A stretch of 64,000 nt of DNA, from the IMG/VR virus record IMGVR_UViG_3300036398_004744, positions 2,574 to 66,573 of that record. One strand, written 5' to 3'. The notes below the pieces were generated by a model, which saw only the letters and a program-made list of their open reading frames with translations, was not told where the DNA came from and ran no database searches. Both the position numbers and the translations under genes were made by a program. Shown here piece after piece: positions 28,892 to 38,376 of this stretch. Source of the stretch: a virus. How positions within the stretch are numbered: the stretch's first letter is position 1; each line of letters begins with the position of its first letter.

Positions 28892-31006
28892 CTACTTTTT
28901 GGCCCCCTCGGGGAAGATCGTGTAGGACTTCTTGCCCCCGATTCGAACCGAGACCACCCCGCGGCCCTGGGCCTCGAGCTTGCCGAGCTGGATGCCAAAC
29001 CACCTCGCCGAGTTGCGCCCGACGATGTTGCGCAGGCTGTCATAGAGGAAGATGTCCTGCATGAGAGCTGTCGCGGTTCCAGACCATGCCTCGTTCTCGC
29101 CGTTGCGAGATCTCTCAAGCATGAAGGCCGACAACACCTCGTCGAGGACCGCCGCGTCCGTGCTCTCGCCGGCCGCGAGCCGCAGTTCTGGATGGTGGTA
29201 TCCACGGATCCCGTAGCGCGCCTGTTCTGAGATGCATTCCTCTGGCACATCGAATTCAACGAGCCACGCGGCAAGATAGGGAAGCTCTCTCGTGATCGTG
29301 TCCTGGAGGACGTGCCTCTCGGGAAACATCTTGTCGACGGTGGCGGCCCTGAAGAGCATGATCTTGTCGAGGATCGACGTGTCGAGATCAGGCAGGATGC
29401 GGAGCGACTCGGCATCGAGGTTTCCGGTGATGATCACGCGGCCAGTCCACTCGACCATGACCGAATCCTGGAACTTGGCATGGTATTCAAAGGTCGTGTT
29501 GGCCGTGACCTTCTTGAGCAGGCTCGAGAACTTCTTGTGGTCTGCCGAGCTGTCGCCGGGCGTCGCGTCGTCGACCGACCACAGGCCGTGATGGAACAGC
29601 TCCTTGTTGAACGAGGATGCTCCCAGAAGAAACTGGGTCGCGTCCTGGTGACCTCCGACCAGACCAGAGACGATCCTGTTGGACAGCAGGGTCTTGCCCT
29701 GCCCGGGCTCACCGGCGATGAACAGGGCCTGTCCCTGCTTCGGGGCCCCGTCGAGCGCCGAGCAGTAGAACCTCTTGAGCCACGACAGAAAATAGAGCAG
29801 CTGCTCGTCGTTGTCAAAGAACTTCTCAAGAAATCCACTGAGCCACGGGAAACGGTCTCCCCAGTCGGCGATCGATTCGGCCGGCCTGAGTGGCATGACC
29901 CTGGCCGTGTTGAGGACTCGCTTGCCCATGAACTCGATCATGCCCGGCGGCAGGTAGACGAACGGGGCCGCTCCCACGACGCGCCTGTGCTGGTCGACCG
30001 TGAAGAGCGCGTGCTCGACTTCTGAAAAGGTCGCGTTCTTTTCTTTCTCGGCGGCCAGCCCCTGCTCGACCTTGAGCCAGCGACCCATCTCCCTCTCGGC
30101 ACGCGCCTCCCACTTGCCGTCGGCCGACTGATACCAGTAGTTCTTGCCGTCATACCAGACTCCGTCGATCACCTCGCTGAGCCTGCTCGACGTGAACTGC
30201 TCAACGAAGCGACTTCCGAAGATCTTCGACCACGGCACGAAGCCAGACGAGCCGGTGAAGCACTGCATCCCGGTCGGTCTGACGATCGCGGCAGTCGGGT
30301 TGTCTGCCATCGGGTCCCAGAACCGCACTCCTCGAGATCCCTCAACAAACGGCCCGTTCCAGCGGCCGGGAAAGCGCTGGTGGAGCTCGTTCTCGAGCAC
30401 GTCGAGCGGGATCGAGTCGCCGGTCCACTTGACCGACTCGGATGACTTCAGCATCCAGCCCTCGACGACCGCGGCATCGAGAGGAGGGGCCCCATCGATC
30501 TCCATCCAGTCGCGGCCGACGTCGTAGTAGATGGTCGGGTTGAGAAAGGCCGAGTCAAAGTCAAAGCCGGGCAGGAGGCCACGCAGGTCAAGCGACTTGG
30601 CGGCCGCCCGGAGTGTCTTGATCAGGACAGACCCAGACGCGACAAGGACTGGCCTGTCAAGGATCCACACCAGCCGGGCTCCCCCGGATGGCGTCCTGTG
30701 GGCCCAGGTCGGCGGAGTGGCATCGCACCTGCCCAGCATTGACTCGAGGTCAGAAATGTCAATCTCGGAATCGTAGTCGGCCACCAGGGCGTGGATGGAA
30801 TGGACCGGATTTGCGTCCTTGTGCAGCCGCAGGCTCGGGATGAGCCCCGTGAAGCCGCAATAGAGGCAGTGCTCGGTCGTGTCCTGGGCGAGCCATTCCT
30901 TGTAGAGCCGCTTGGTCTTGAACTTGGGCACCTCGGGAACAAACTCCCAGGGCCTGAGCATCTCCACGTCCTGCGTGACGAGATTCGTGATGCACGGGAA
31001 CTTCAT
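28892..31006 (-). CDS. primase-helicase (PrimPol-like N-terminus plus P-loop NTPase)
   Basis: ADYD and TPSGGAR primase-like motifs; Walker A GEPGQGKT; Walker B SVDD; ITGN. Confidence 0.8.
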   Translation of the reverse strand: MKFPCITNLVTQDVEMLRPWEFVPEVPKFKTKRLYKEWLAQDTTEHCLYCGFTGLIPSLRLHKDANPVHSIHALVADYDSEIDISDLESMLGRCDATPPTWAHRTPSGGARLVWILDRPVLVASGSVLIKTLRAAAKSLDLRGLLPGFDFDSAFLNPTIYYDVGRDWMEIDGAPPLDAAVVEGWMLKSSESVKWTGDSIPLDVLENELHQRFPGRWNGPFVEGSRGVRFWDPMADNPTAAIVRPTGMQCFTGSSGFVPWSKIFGSRFVEQFTSSRLSEVIDGVWYDGKNYWYQSADGKWEARAEREMGRWLKVEQGLAAEKEKNATFSEVEHALFTVDQHRRVVGAAPFVYLPPGMIEFMGKRVLNTARVMPLRPAESIADWGDRFPWLSGFLEKFFDNDEQLLYFLSWLKRFYCSALDGAPKQGQALFIAGEPGQGKTLLSNRIVSGLVGGHQDATQFLLGASSFNKELFHHGLWSVDDATPGDSSADHKKFSSLLKKVTANTTFEYHAKFQDSVMVEWTGRVIITGNLDAESLRILPDLDTSILDKIMLFRAATVDKMFPERHVLQDTITRELPYLAAWLVEFDVPEECISEQARYGIRGYHHPELRLAAGESTDAAVLDEVLSAFMLERSRNGENEAWSGTATALMQDIFLYDSLRNIVGRNSARWFGIQLGKLEAQGRGVVSVRIGGKKSYTIFPEGAKK

Positions 31007-31488
31007 ACTCCGACGCAGCCGATGGAGCGGTTGATGATGACATTGCTGAACTTCTCAAGTTCCTCGGTCGTGCAACCCATGGCATTGGGATGCCGGGCTT
31101 CCACGATGCGGGCTCCCAGAAACTGATCATCCCAGAAAAACAGCGGCATCTCCTGTCGAAGCCGGTCAATGCCCGCGGCCGCGCGCCTTCCGAGAACCCC
31201 GATGGTCTTCGGGCGCTGCTCGAGAATGACTCGCAGCATGTGCTCGTGGTCGGGATCTCCGGCGGCCCGGTGGTCGCCGAGCAGGGGCTGAGGATGGGCG
31301 TTGTCCCACCAGATGTCGTGAAACATCGGGCCGAACAGGCCAAGAAGGCGACGTCCGGTCATCGTCGTCGCGAGAAGTTCGCGGCGGAAGTGGACATCGT
31401 GTTGGTATGACTGCAGGATCTCTGGATCTGTCTCAGGCGGAAACCATGGGTTCTGCAGGAAGATGACGGTGGTGTGGGCGAGGCTCAT
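31003..31488 (-). CDS. uracil-DNA-glycosylase-superfamily-like protein
   Basis: FLQNP, TGRRL, VLGRRA and RHP motifs occur in UDG-fold order. Confidence 0.5.
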   Translation of the reverse strand: MSLAHTTVIFLQNPWFPPETDPEILQSYQHDVHFRRELLATTMTGRRLLGLFGPMFHDIWWDNAHPQPLLGDHRAAGDPDHEHMLRVILEQRPKTIGVLGRRAAAGIDRLRQEMPLFFWDDQFLGARIVEARHPNAMGCTTEELEKFSNVIINRSIGCVGV

Positions 31489-31498
31489 GACGGGCTCG

Positions 31499-31527
31499 AT
31501 TGTAGGTGGGCTGGCTGCTATTGTGAA
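31499..31527 (-). promoter_or_regulatory. early promoter, repeat family copy 3
   Basis: TTCACA-17-TACAAT; spacer contains GCAGCCAGCC; 10 nt to ATG. Confidence 0.7.
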
Positions 31528-31536
31528 ACGAGGATC

Positions 31537-32394
31537 TCACCGAGCGAGTTCTTTCCAGTTTTCTGACGACCCCCAGGGCTCGGCGACCTCGGAGAGATCC
31601 GGATACCGGCACTCATAGGACTCCACGAGCTCGGGATTCTTCCCAGAGTCGACGATCTCCCAGATGCAGTTGCGAGACTGTCGCGGGAACATCGGGGCAA
31701 AGATCGTGGCCAGGTAGTTGGTGTCGTAGTAGCCACGAAGACGCTCAAAGATCTCGCGCTGGGCCGGCGTGAATTCTTCCTTGTAGTCCTTGATCGAGGC
31801 AAACGTCCCATGAACGGCCTGGATCATCCAGCCCTCGCGCTCGAAGACGGCCCCGAGAGTCTCGTGGCGCATCTCGTTGACGTGGTTGTCGGCGCAGGTC
31901 TTGACGTCCCAGCAGGGAGTCGAGATGAACGCGCGCCCGTCCTTTTTCAGCATCTCTCTGAACGAGTCGAGCATGCGGAGCATGTGCTCCGGCTCGACGT
32001 GCTCAAGGACCTCGAGACACACAATGATGTCGACCTGGTTGGCAAACTCGTCGGTCGCGTCGCAGATGTCGGTCTTCTCGTATGCCTCGAGCGGAAACTT
32101 GCCCGAGTGGAACACCTCGATCGCCTCGTCAAGAATCGGTCCGACGTCGATCCCAATGTATCTCTTCGGGATGTAGCGCGAGCTGTAGAGCGTCTTCGCC
32201 ATCGGAAGCTCACGGCCGCAGCCGACGTCGAGAATGGTCGCCTCGGCATACGCCTTGCCCTCTGACAGGCGGCGCATGATGTGACTCCACCTCAGACAGT
32301 GGGCGATGTAGTCGCGATGCAAGAATCCGCGTTTCTCGGCGGTGTCGAGCGACAAGAATGTCGTGTCTACGGTTTTTCCTCTTTTGTTTGCCAT
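31537..32394 (-). CDS. class I SAM-dependent methyltransferase (small-molecule type)
   Basis: ILDVGCG, YIGID, CLEVLEHV and FISTP motifs; no DPPY/NPPY or PC DNA-methyltransferase motif in the expected position. Confidence 0.85.
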   Translation of the reverse strand: MANKRGKTVDTTFLSLDTAEKRGFLHRDYIAHCLRWSHIMRRLSEGKAYAEATILDVGCGRELPMAKTLYSSRYIPKRYIGIDVGPILDEAIEVFHSGKFPLEAYEKTDICDATDEFANQVDIIVCLEVLEHVEPEHMLRMLDSFREMLKKDGRAFISTPCWDVKTCADNHVNEMRHETLGAVFEREGWMIQAVHGTFASIKDYKEEFTPAQREIFERLRGYYDTNYLATIFAPMFPRQSRNCIWEIVDSGKNPELVESYECRYPDLSEVAEPWGSSENWKELAR

Positions 32395-32400
32395 GACGTT

Positions 32401-33258
32401 TTATTTTGTGGGTTGGTTGTTTGTGTTCAGGAGACGATCCTCGAAAGACTTGAAAAATCCATGAGGCTCGTTGAGATTCGGAGTGACGGAATACTCGCCG
32501 ATGATCGCGGCGAGGTAGCCGTGGACAAAGCCGTGCTCGATCCGGTGGCCGGCGACGGCATCAAAGTCATGTCCCTCTGACCAGTCATGGTTGTGCCAGC
32601 CGGCCAGAGTCTCGAGATCCTTCTCATAGATGTGGTGAGATCCGGCGTTGAGATGCAGGGTGCCGAGCTGGAGGTCCATGCCCTCATCGCGCAGCGCCTC
32701 GAGAATGTGCCACGACAGCATCGAGAAATTGAAGACGTCATACGGAAACCCGAGCCAGACGTCGCTCGATCTCATCGTGTCGACGCAGTGGAGCAGTCCG
32801 TCACGGATCAGCCACTGGACGGCCACCGTGCAGGGCACGTCCTTCGTGTGGGGCGGATTCTCTCTCCAGATGGTGAGGACGGCCTGGCGCGTGTCGCGAT
32901 CTCTCTTGAGCGTGTTCACGACGTATTCGACCTGCCGCGCGATCTTGGGTCCGTAGGCCCCAAAGAATGTCTCTCCGTCGTCGGAAAACTTCTTGATGGC
33001 CCGGCAGTATTTCCCGATCGATTCGACGTCGCGGCGGCCGGCAAGAATCCACCAGGCCTCGGCCGCCATGAAGCGGTAGCTCAGCCGGCGCTTCTTTGTC
33101 AGAACGACCGGAAAGGCCATGTCGACTGCCACCGTGTTGTTGATGATCTCGCGGACCGGCATGCCGCGTGGACTGTATCGACGGCCGTTGAGAGACACGT
33201 CTGCGATGAGCTGGAGCCACGCCTCGGTGGCGGTCTTTGGGATCTTGTCGTTGTTCAT
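32401..33258 (-). CDS. thymidylate synthase homologue, probably a dCMP hydroxymethylase/methylase
   Basis: GAYG, DTRQA, DVPC catalytic Cys and MRSSDVWLGFPYD, with Asp at the position of TS Asn177/T4 gp42 Asp179; GSHHIY. Confidence 0.85.
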   Translation of the reverse strand: MNNDKIPKTATEAWLQLIADVSLNGRRYSPRGMPVREIINNTVAVDMAFPVVLTKKRRLSYRFMAAEAWWILAGRRDVESIGKYCRAIKKFSDDGETFFGAYGPKIARQVEYVVNTLKRDRDTRQAVLTIWRENPPHTKDVPCTVAVQWLIRDGLLHCVDTMRSSDVWLGFPYDVFNFSMLSWHILEALRDEGMDLQLGTLHLNAGSHHIYEKDLETLAGWHNHDWSEGHDFDAVAGHRIEHGFVHGYLAAIIGEYSVTPNLNEPHGFFKSFEDRLLNTNNQPTK

Positions 33259-33941
33259 TTGATGAGATTCAGTTCGTTGAGAAGAAGCATGCGGTCGCGG
33301 ACCAGGTCCTCGGCCTGCACGTTGAAGTCGGTGGCCTCAAGCATGGCCGAAGCGATGTCCTGAACGTCCTGGACGTGCATGGACATGTCATGAGACGTCT
33401 GTCCCATCTGTTCGTAGTCATAGAGGTGCGCCATCAGGGGACGGGCGTTGCCGAATCCACGTAGTGTCTCGCAGTGGCCGAGATTGGTCGTGGTGTGGTC
33501 GGTTCCGTGCCACCAGTCGAAATAGCCGCAGACCAGGTCGCGGTAGCGGTCGTCTGGCTCATACATCTCATGACGCTCTTCTCGAGAACGGCGCAGCGAC
33601 TCGAACATCCGTTCGGGGCTCGAGAGCAGGCAGACGACGTAAGTGACCCCGAGGCACGACATGATCTGGTCAAGGCGGGCCGCCTCGGCAACGAGCGGAG
33701 ATCCGCCACGGTAGGCGGCGGCATACAGCTGCTCCGAGGGCCAGTGTCTGTCGATCAGAACTGGCTTCTCGATTGACCAGTGGACTGCCAGGGCGAGAGA
33801 CATCGCCTGATGCTCATACATTCTCCTGCGCAGCGGCAGATGCAGGTAGCGGGCCCCGGTCTGGCGCATGTATTCGTGTCCCCACGTCGTCTTGCCGACG
33901 GCATCGGGTCCCTCAAGGACAATGATCGGGTGGCGCTTCAT
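33255..33941 (-). CDS. dNMP kinase (thymidylate-kinase-like)
   Basis: LEGPDAVGKTT P-loop; IDRHWPSE..Y. Confidence 0.85.
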   Translation of the reverse strand: MKRHPIIVLEGPDAVGKTTWGHEYMRQTGARYLHLPLRRRMYEHQAMSLALAVHWSIEKPVLIDRHWPSEQLYAAAYRGGSPLVAEAARLDQIMSCLGVTYVVCLLSSPERMFESLRRSREERHEMYEPDDRYRDLVCGYFDWWHGTDHTTTNLGHCETLRGFGNARPLMAHLYDYEQMGQTSHDMSMHVQDVQDIASAMLEATDFNVQAEDLVRDRMLLLNELNLIK

Positions 33942-34429
33942 AGGGTCTGGATCAGGCGCTTGGCGACGGTCCTGAGAACTGGCTGAAGAGAACTCGCGAA
34001 CATCGCCGGCTTTCCGTCGAGCATTGGATTGGGTGAGGAGAGATCGTCGAGATGCATGAAGACAAGGTAGTCGTGCTTGTCGGGCTCGACGTTGCGGGCG
34101 ACGAGCTGGAGGTCACGGACGGCAACAGACCATACACCGATCACCCAGTCCAGACCATCTCCATTGTCATTGCGGTAGATCGTCTGAAACTCGACACGGA
34201 AGCAGTTGTCTGGCTCGATTGCCATCTCCTCGCGGAGCTCACGAAGAAGACCCTCCTCAAACGGCTCGCCGTGCTCAAGAAGTCCCGCCGGGGTCGACAG
34301 GCAGTTCTTGGCAGAGCGAACGCGGTCGCCGCGCCACATCATCGCCACCATCCGAGTGACCGGATCATAGGGCACGGCCATGACCGTGAAGTGCGGCAGC
34401 GGGTCTGGAAGTGATCTTGGCTCGGTCAT
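33938..34429 (-). CDS. Nudix hydrolase (putative dNTP pyrophosphatase)
   Basis: Nudix box GLLEHGEPFEEGLLRELREE; EPDKH. Confidence 0.85.
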   Translation of the reverse strand: MTEPRSLPDPLPHFTVMAVPYDPVTRMVAMMWRGDRVRSAKNCLSTPAGLLEHGEPFEEGLLRELREEMAIEPDNCFRVEFQTIYRNDNGDGLDWVIGVWSVAVRDLQLVARNVEPDKHDYLVFMHLDDLSSPNPMLDGKPAMFASSLQPVLRTVAKRLIQTL

Positions 34430-34608
34430 GACTGGGCCCTCTTCTCAAGGTAGTGGTCGGCCGCCTCGATCGCGAGATCGATGGCCTTGGTTGGGTTGAC
34501 GCTGATCTTGCCCGACAGGATTCCGGCGGCGCAGAACATGACAAGCACGTCGCGCATGTTGACCTCGTCGATGTCGGGTGACTTCTTGGTGTTGTGGTTT
34601 GGGTTCAT
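34426..34608 (-). CDS. small hypothetical protein
   Basis: MNPNHNTKK...MRDVLVMFCAAGIL...AIEAADHYL; coupled on both sides. Confidence 0.55.
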   Translation of the reverse strand: MNPNHNTKKSPDIDEVNMRDVLVMFCAAGILSGKISVNPTKAIDLAIEAADHYLEKRAQS

Positions 34609-36374
34609 TTGAGATAGTGCGGACTCGCGTGGGCCTCCGAGTCGAGAGCGATTCCTGGCATCCATTCACATTCCTGGGCCATGATCTCTCTGACGGTCTC
34701 GAGGGCGTCGTCGACCTGGTCTGCCGGGATCTCGTCGGTCACGACCTCGTCGTGCACGGCGAAGAGAGTCGGGATTCCGGCCTCCTCGATCTTGAGAAGC
34801 TTCTCGTAGAAGCAGTCGCGGGCCGTCGCCTGGATGATGTTTTCCACTCCAAGACTTCCCCACATGCGGTTGACCCGGCCGGTCGCCAGGGTGGCGGTGA
34901 GCTGCCCCTTGTCGCGGCGGACGTCGCGGTAGCGCATCGTGTTCCATGACGGCAGGTCGATCTCGAGGTCCTGGCCAACGGACGTCTCGAACCTGCGCTG
35001 GATGCGGTTCCAGAAATCCACGATGAGCCGCTCCTTGCGGCGGAAGTCGCCGACCTGCAGCTTGGCGTCTCTGAGAGAGATTCGGTGGCCATACTGGTTC
35101 CAGCAGTAATCGACGAAGCGCTCGGCGCCGCAGCCGTAAGAAAGACCAAGGACGCGCATCTTGCACATCGCATAGAGGTTGGGATCCTCCTTCTTCAGGC
35201 TGGCGCCCTTCCAGTTGAGTGTCTGAATCGCGTGGACCTGGTAGACCGAGATGCCACGGTTGATCATCTCGATCTTGCGCTCATCGTTGACGAGCCAGGC
35301 AAGGGTCCGCGGTTCGATCTGTGCCAGGTCGGCAATCACGATCTGGCCGCCGTGCATCGCGTGGATGGCGCGGCGCATGTCGACTCCCTCGAAAGGATCT
35401 CGCTGAAATCCCTGGACGTTGAAGCCCTGGTCTCCGCTGGTGCGCTTGGTGTGGGCTCCGCAGTATTTCTGGCTGAAGTCGATCCGGCCGTCTGGGCGGA
35501 TGCGGTCACGCATCGTCATGAGCTTGGTCATGAGAAGATTGGCCTTGCGATACCGGCGCATCTCGCGCACCCACGGGATCTCGGGATGCTCATCTTCCCA
35601 GCGCTGGCAGTCGGTCGAGTCCTCGGCGAGCGACTTGGGTGGCGTGATCCCGAGCTTGCGGCACTCCTCGGCGACGGCGATCGGAGAGAGGACGGCGCGC
35701 TCCTCGGCCTTGCCGTTGGCCCAGGGCAGGAGGTTCCTGGCCTCCCAGCAGGCGCGGTCGAGCGTCTGGATCGACCGGTCGAGATACTCGCGATCGGCAG
35801 GAAGTCCGCGCAGGCACTGCCGGGTGGTCATGAGACTGATCTTCTTCTCGGCGTCTGGCCACAGATGCGCGTGGGACTCCCAGATCTTCCAGCACCACTC
35901 GGCGTCGCGCTCGGCATACTCGACCACCTCTCGCCAGTCGGGACTGACCCGTAGTTCTCGGTGGGTCTTGTTCTCCATCTTCTTGCGGGCATCCTTCGAT
36001 ACGTCGACATTGAACATTGCGAGGCAGGCCTTCTTGAGATCTCTGGGATGCCCGAGCCAGCATGACAGATTCGCGGTGCAGTGCCATTCCGATGGATCGA
36101 TGTCCTGGACCTCTGGATGCAGTTCCTGATGGCGTCGCCAGACGCGGGCATCGAACGCGGCGTTGTGGCTGACCCAGGTCCGGTCGTTGATCGATGCCCA
36201 GTCAAACTCTGATGGATGGCCGACAAACGAACCCTCCTCGGCGTGGACTGCCACGAGATAGATCTCGACGTCAGGATGCCGGAGATACTGGTCGACACCC
36301 ATGTTGCGCAGTCCGATCTTCTTCTTAGGAAAGAAGCTGGTCTCGAAGTCGACGGCGACGTGGTCTCGTGTCAT
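34605..36374 (-). CDS. polA: family A DNA polymerase with 3'-5' exonuclease
   Basis: DFET, HNAAFD and YAERD exonuclease motifs; ADLAQIEPR (motif A), K...LGLSYG (B) and VHDE (C); start ATG 36374. Confidence 0.93.
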   Translation of the reverse strand: MTRDHVAVDFETSFFPKKKIGLRNMGVDQYLRHPDVEIYLVAVHAEEGSFVGHPSEFDWASINDRTWVSHNAAFDARVWRRHQELHPEVQDIDPSEWHCTANLSCWLGHPRDLKKACLAMFNVDVSKDARKKMENKTHRELRVSPDWREVVEYAERDAEWCWKIWESHAHLWPDAEKKISLMTTRQCLRGLPADREYLDRSIQTLDRACWEARNLLPWANGKAEERAVLSPIAVAEECRKLGITPPKSLAEDSTDCQRWEDEHPEIPWVREMRRYRKANLLMTKLMTMRDRIRPDGRIDFSQKYCGAHTKRTSGDQGFNVQGFQRDPFEGVDMRRAIHAMHGGQIVIADLAQIEPRTLAWLVNDERKIEMINRGISVYQVHAIQTLNWKGASLKKEDPNLYAMCKMRVLGLSYGCGAERFVDYCWNQYGHRISLRDAKLQVGDFRRKERLIVDFWNRIQRRFETSVGQDLEIDLPSWNTMRYRDVRRDKGQLTATLATGRVNRMWGSLGVENIIQATARDCFYEKLLKIEEAGIPTLFAVHDEVVTDEIPADQVDDALETVREIMAQECEWMPGIALDSEAHASPHYLK

Positions 36375-37129
36375 TCGCTCATTTCCTCCTGTGGCGCAAA
36401 GCGGCTCTGCAGGACGGTGTAGCCGCCGGCAAGGGCCTCGTCGTATCTCTTCTGGGCCCAGTCTGGAATCTCGTCCTCGATGGGCCACATGAAGCGCTGA
36501 AGCGTGCTCTTGAATTCTGGCTCGCGGTCCTGCTGTTTTTCTTCGATCGAGTGCAGCATCGACGCGACCCTGGCGATCTCGGCAGAGCCGGTCGCGAACA
36601 TGCGAGCAAGCATGTCGTCATGCATCGTGCGAATCTCGATGGCGCGCAGATGGAACGGCTCGGCGGCCCGCATGACGATGTCCTCATGGAGTCCAATGAG
36701 CGACATCCAGTGTCCGCGGCGCTGAAACTCTTCGGCCATCGACTGCCAGGCCTTGCGGGCCTCGGCCTCGAGAGAAGTCGCGCCGGCGTCGGACGTCTCC
36801 TCGACAGAGACACAGACGGCCGGATTCTCGGCGGCGGCCCGCCAGATCCATGGCTCAGACCTGGTCGTCGGTCCCCCGATGATGACATTGGTGACGTCGA
36901 GACGAGGAATCGTCGCGACATCGGTGAGGTTCGCGAGAAACCTGTAGATGACCCCGATCGGCTGGCGGTTCTTCTTGAACTCGCAGTCGGTCACGAGGAC
37001 ACGATGGACATGAAATGGAAGATGCGGAAGAAGCATGAAAGTGGGGCAGACGTTTTGGCCGCGGTCTGCCAGCGCGGGTGTCATGAGCTGCCGGGCGCGC
37101 CACTGCAAAGAGGACGCCCGGTCACCCAA
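36371..37129 (-). CDS. hypothetical protein (start uncertain)
   Basis: Fills the gap between the SSB-like gene and the polymerase, with a stop/start overlap. Confidence 0.55.
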   Translation of the reverse strand: MGDRASSLQWRARQLMTPALADRGQNVCPTFMLLPHLPFHVHRVLVTDCEFKKNRQPIGVIYRFLANLTDVATIPRLDVTNVIIGGPTTRSEPWIWRAAAENPAVCVSVEETSDAGATSLEAEARKAWQSMAEEFQRRGHWMSLIGLHEDIVMRAAEPFHLRAIEIRTMHDDMLARMFATGSAEIARVASMLHSIEEKQQDREPEFKSTLQRFMWPIEDEIPDWAQKRYDEALAGGYTVLQSRFAPQEEMSE

Positions 37130-37133
37130 ATGT

Positions 37134-38093
37134 TTATCCCAGACTGAGGACCCACTCGGCGAAGCCCGGATCCTTGTGGCGTCCGAGATTCTTGAAGTTG
37201 GCCACGGTCACGATGTTTCCGGACTTCTGCTTCTCACGGCTGCAGGTGAGTCCGAGCATGAACATGCGGGTATCGGGGATCAGGCTGGTCTGCGACTGAG
37301 TCATCAGCCAACGCGCCGCCGTGGCCGCACGATAGTTGACGCCGGTGAACTTCATTTCGGCCAGACAGAACTTGCGCTCCGCGTGCTCGAGGCTGAAGAT
37401 CGGGTCTGGCTCGATGTATTCGGGCTGCTCGAGCAGGAAGAGGCAGAACAGTCCCGGGTCGGCCGTGGGAGGTTCCTTGCCGTCCCAGTTGGTCGAGAAT
37501 CCGGCGCTCTCCGCGTCCTTCGGCGAGTCGAAGATCATCGGGGTGACGCCATCCTTGTATTCTTCATCGGTCAGGCGCTGGATGAACTTCTTGCGCCCGG
37601 TCATGAGGATCAGGTTGAGCGGGTCGTAGCCCTTGTCCCACACGAGGACCTCGCCATTGACGACGATTTGTCCGACGGTGAAACCCTTCGACTCGAGATC
37701 CGAGCTGTTGGACTGCACCATGTTGACGCGCGGGCGCATGAGATCGCGCTCGGAGATGGCTCCGTCGATCTGACCCATCGCCATGGGGCGGTAGGACACG
37801 ACGGCCGTCTCGGATGCGACATCGTCCTCGTCTGCCTCGATGATGGGCTGGCGAGTCGCCAGTTTCTTCGATGGCGCGGGAGCCGGCTCGACCTCGGCCT
37901 CGATGATGTCCTCATCGGGTTCCGGGGCGAGTGCCTTCTTGGTGATCAGGCGCTTCGCGGGCTGTGCAGCGGGCTGCGGTGTTTCGGACACCTCGGGTGT
38001 CTCGACTGGTGTTTCCTCGGCGACGGGCGCGTCGGATGTCTTCGGAGTCTCGGCCGTCTTGCGACGGAGAGACAGTTTCTGTATCAGTGCCAT
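37134..38093 (-). CDS. putative ssDNA-binding/replication accessory protein
   Basis: Disordered acidic N-terminus followed by an ERDL..PRVNMVQS.S domain; lies between the nuclease and the polymerase. Confidence 0.55.
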   Translation of the reverse strand: MALIQKLSLRRKTAETPKTSDAPVAEETPVETPEVSETPQPAAQPAKRLITKKALAPEPDEDIIEAEVEPAPAPSKKLATRQPIIEADEDDVASETAVVSYRPMAMGQIDGAISERDLMRPRVNMVQSNSSDLESKGFTVGQIVVNGEVLVWDKGYDPLNLILMTGRKKFIQRLTDEEYKDGVTPMIFDSPKDAESAGFSTNWDGKEPPTADPGLFCLFLLEQPEYIEPDPIFSLEHAERKFCLAEMKFTGVNYRAATAARWLMTQSQTSLIPDTRMFMLGLTCSREKQKSGNIVTVANFKNLGRHKDPGFAEWVLSLG

Positions 38094-38094
38094 T

Positions 38095-38376
38095 TTATTT
38101 GGTTTCCTTGGTTTGTTGTTCTTGCTGTGTTCGGATCGTCATGATCCTGTCGAGCCAGTCGCCGACTCGGTAGTTGCCGTCGCCGATGGCGTCGGTGTCC
38201 CTGTCGTCGAGCTGGATCGAAAATTTTTCCTCGAGCATGAGCTGCACCTCGATGAGGTCGAGATCAAGCAGCCCAAGGTCGTCGAGCATGTCGGTGTCTT
38301 CGGTGATGATGCCAAGTTCTGGCAGCATCTCGTGCAGAACCTCGTGGAATTTTTGCATTGCCTCTTCTCTGCTCAT
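38095..38376 (-). CDS. acyl carrier protein homologue lacking the attachment serine
   Basis: ITEDTDMLDDLGLLDLDLIEVQLMLEEKFSIQL..D aligns with ACP ..[20 protein letters not shown]; start ATG 38376. Confidence 0.75.
   Translation of the reverse strand: MSREEAMQKFHEVLHEMLPELGIITEDTDMLDDLGLLDLDLIEVQLMLEEKFSIQLDDRDTDAIGDGNYRVGDWLDRIMTIRTQQEQQTKETK

Noticed and set aside
31537-32394. Restriction-modification DNA methyltransferase
   Set aside because: Lacks DPPY/NPPY or C5-methyltransferase catalytic motifs and resembles small-molecule methyltransferases.
32401-33258. Ordinary thyA, or an SPO1-type hmU pathway (dCMP deaminase is present)
   Set aside because: The specificity residue is Asp rather than Asn, which favours dCMP. 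The hmU option is less likely but is not excluded without an assay.
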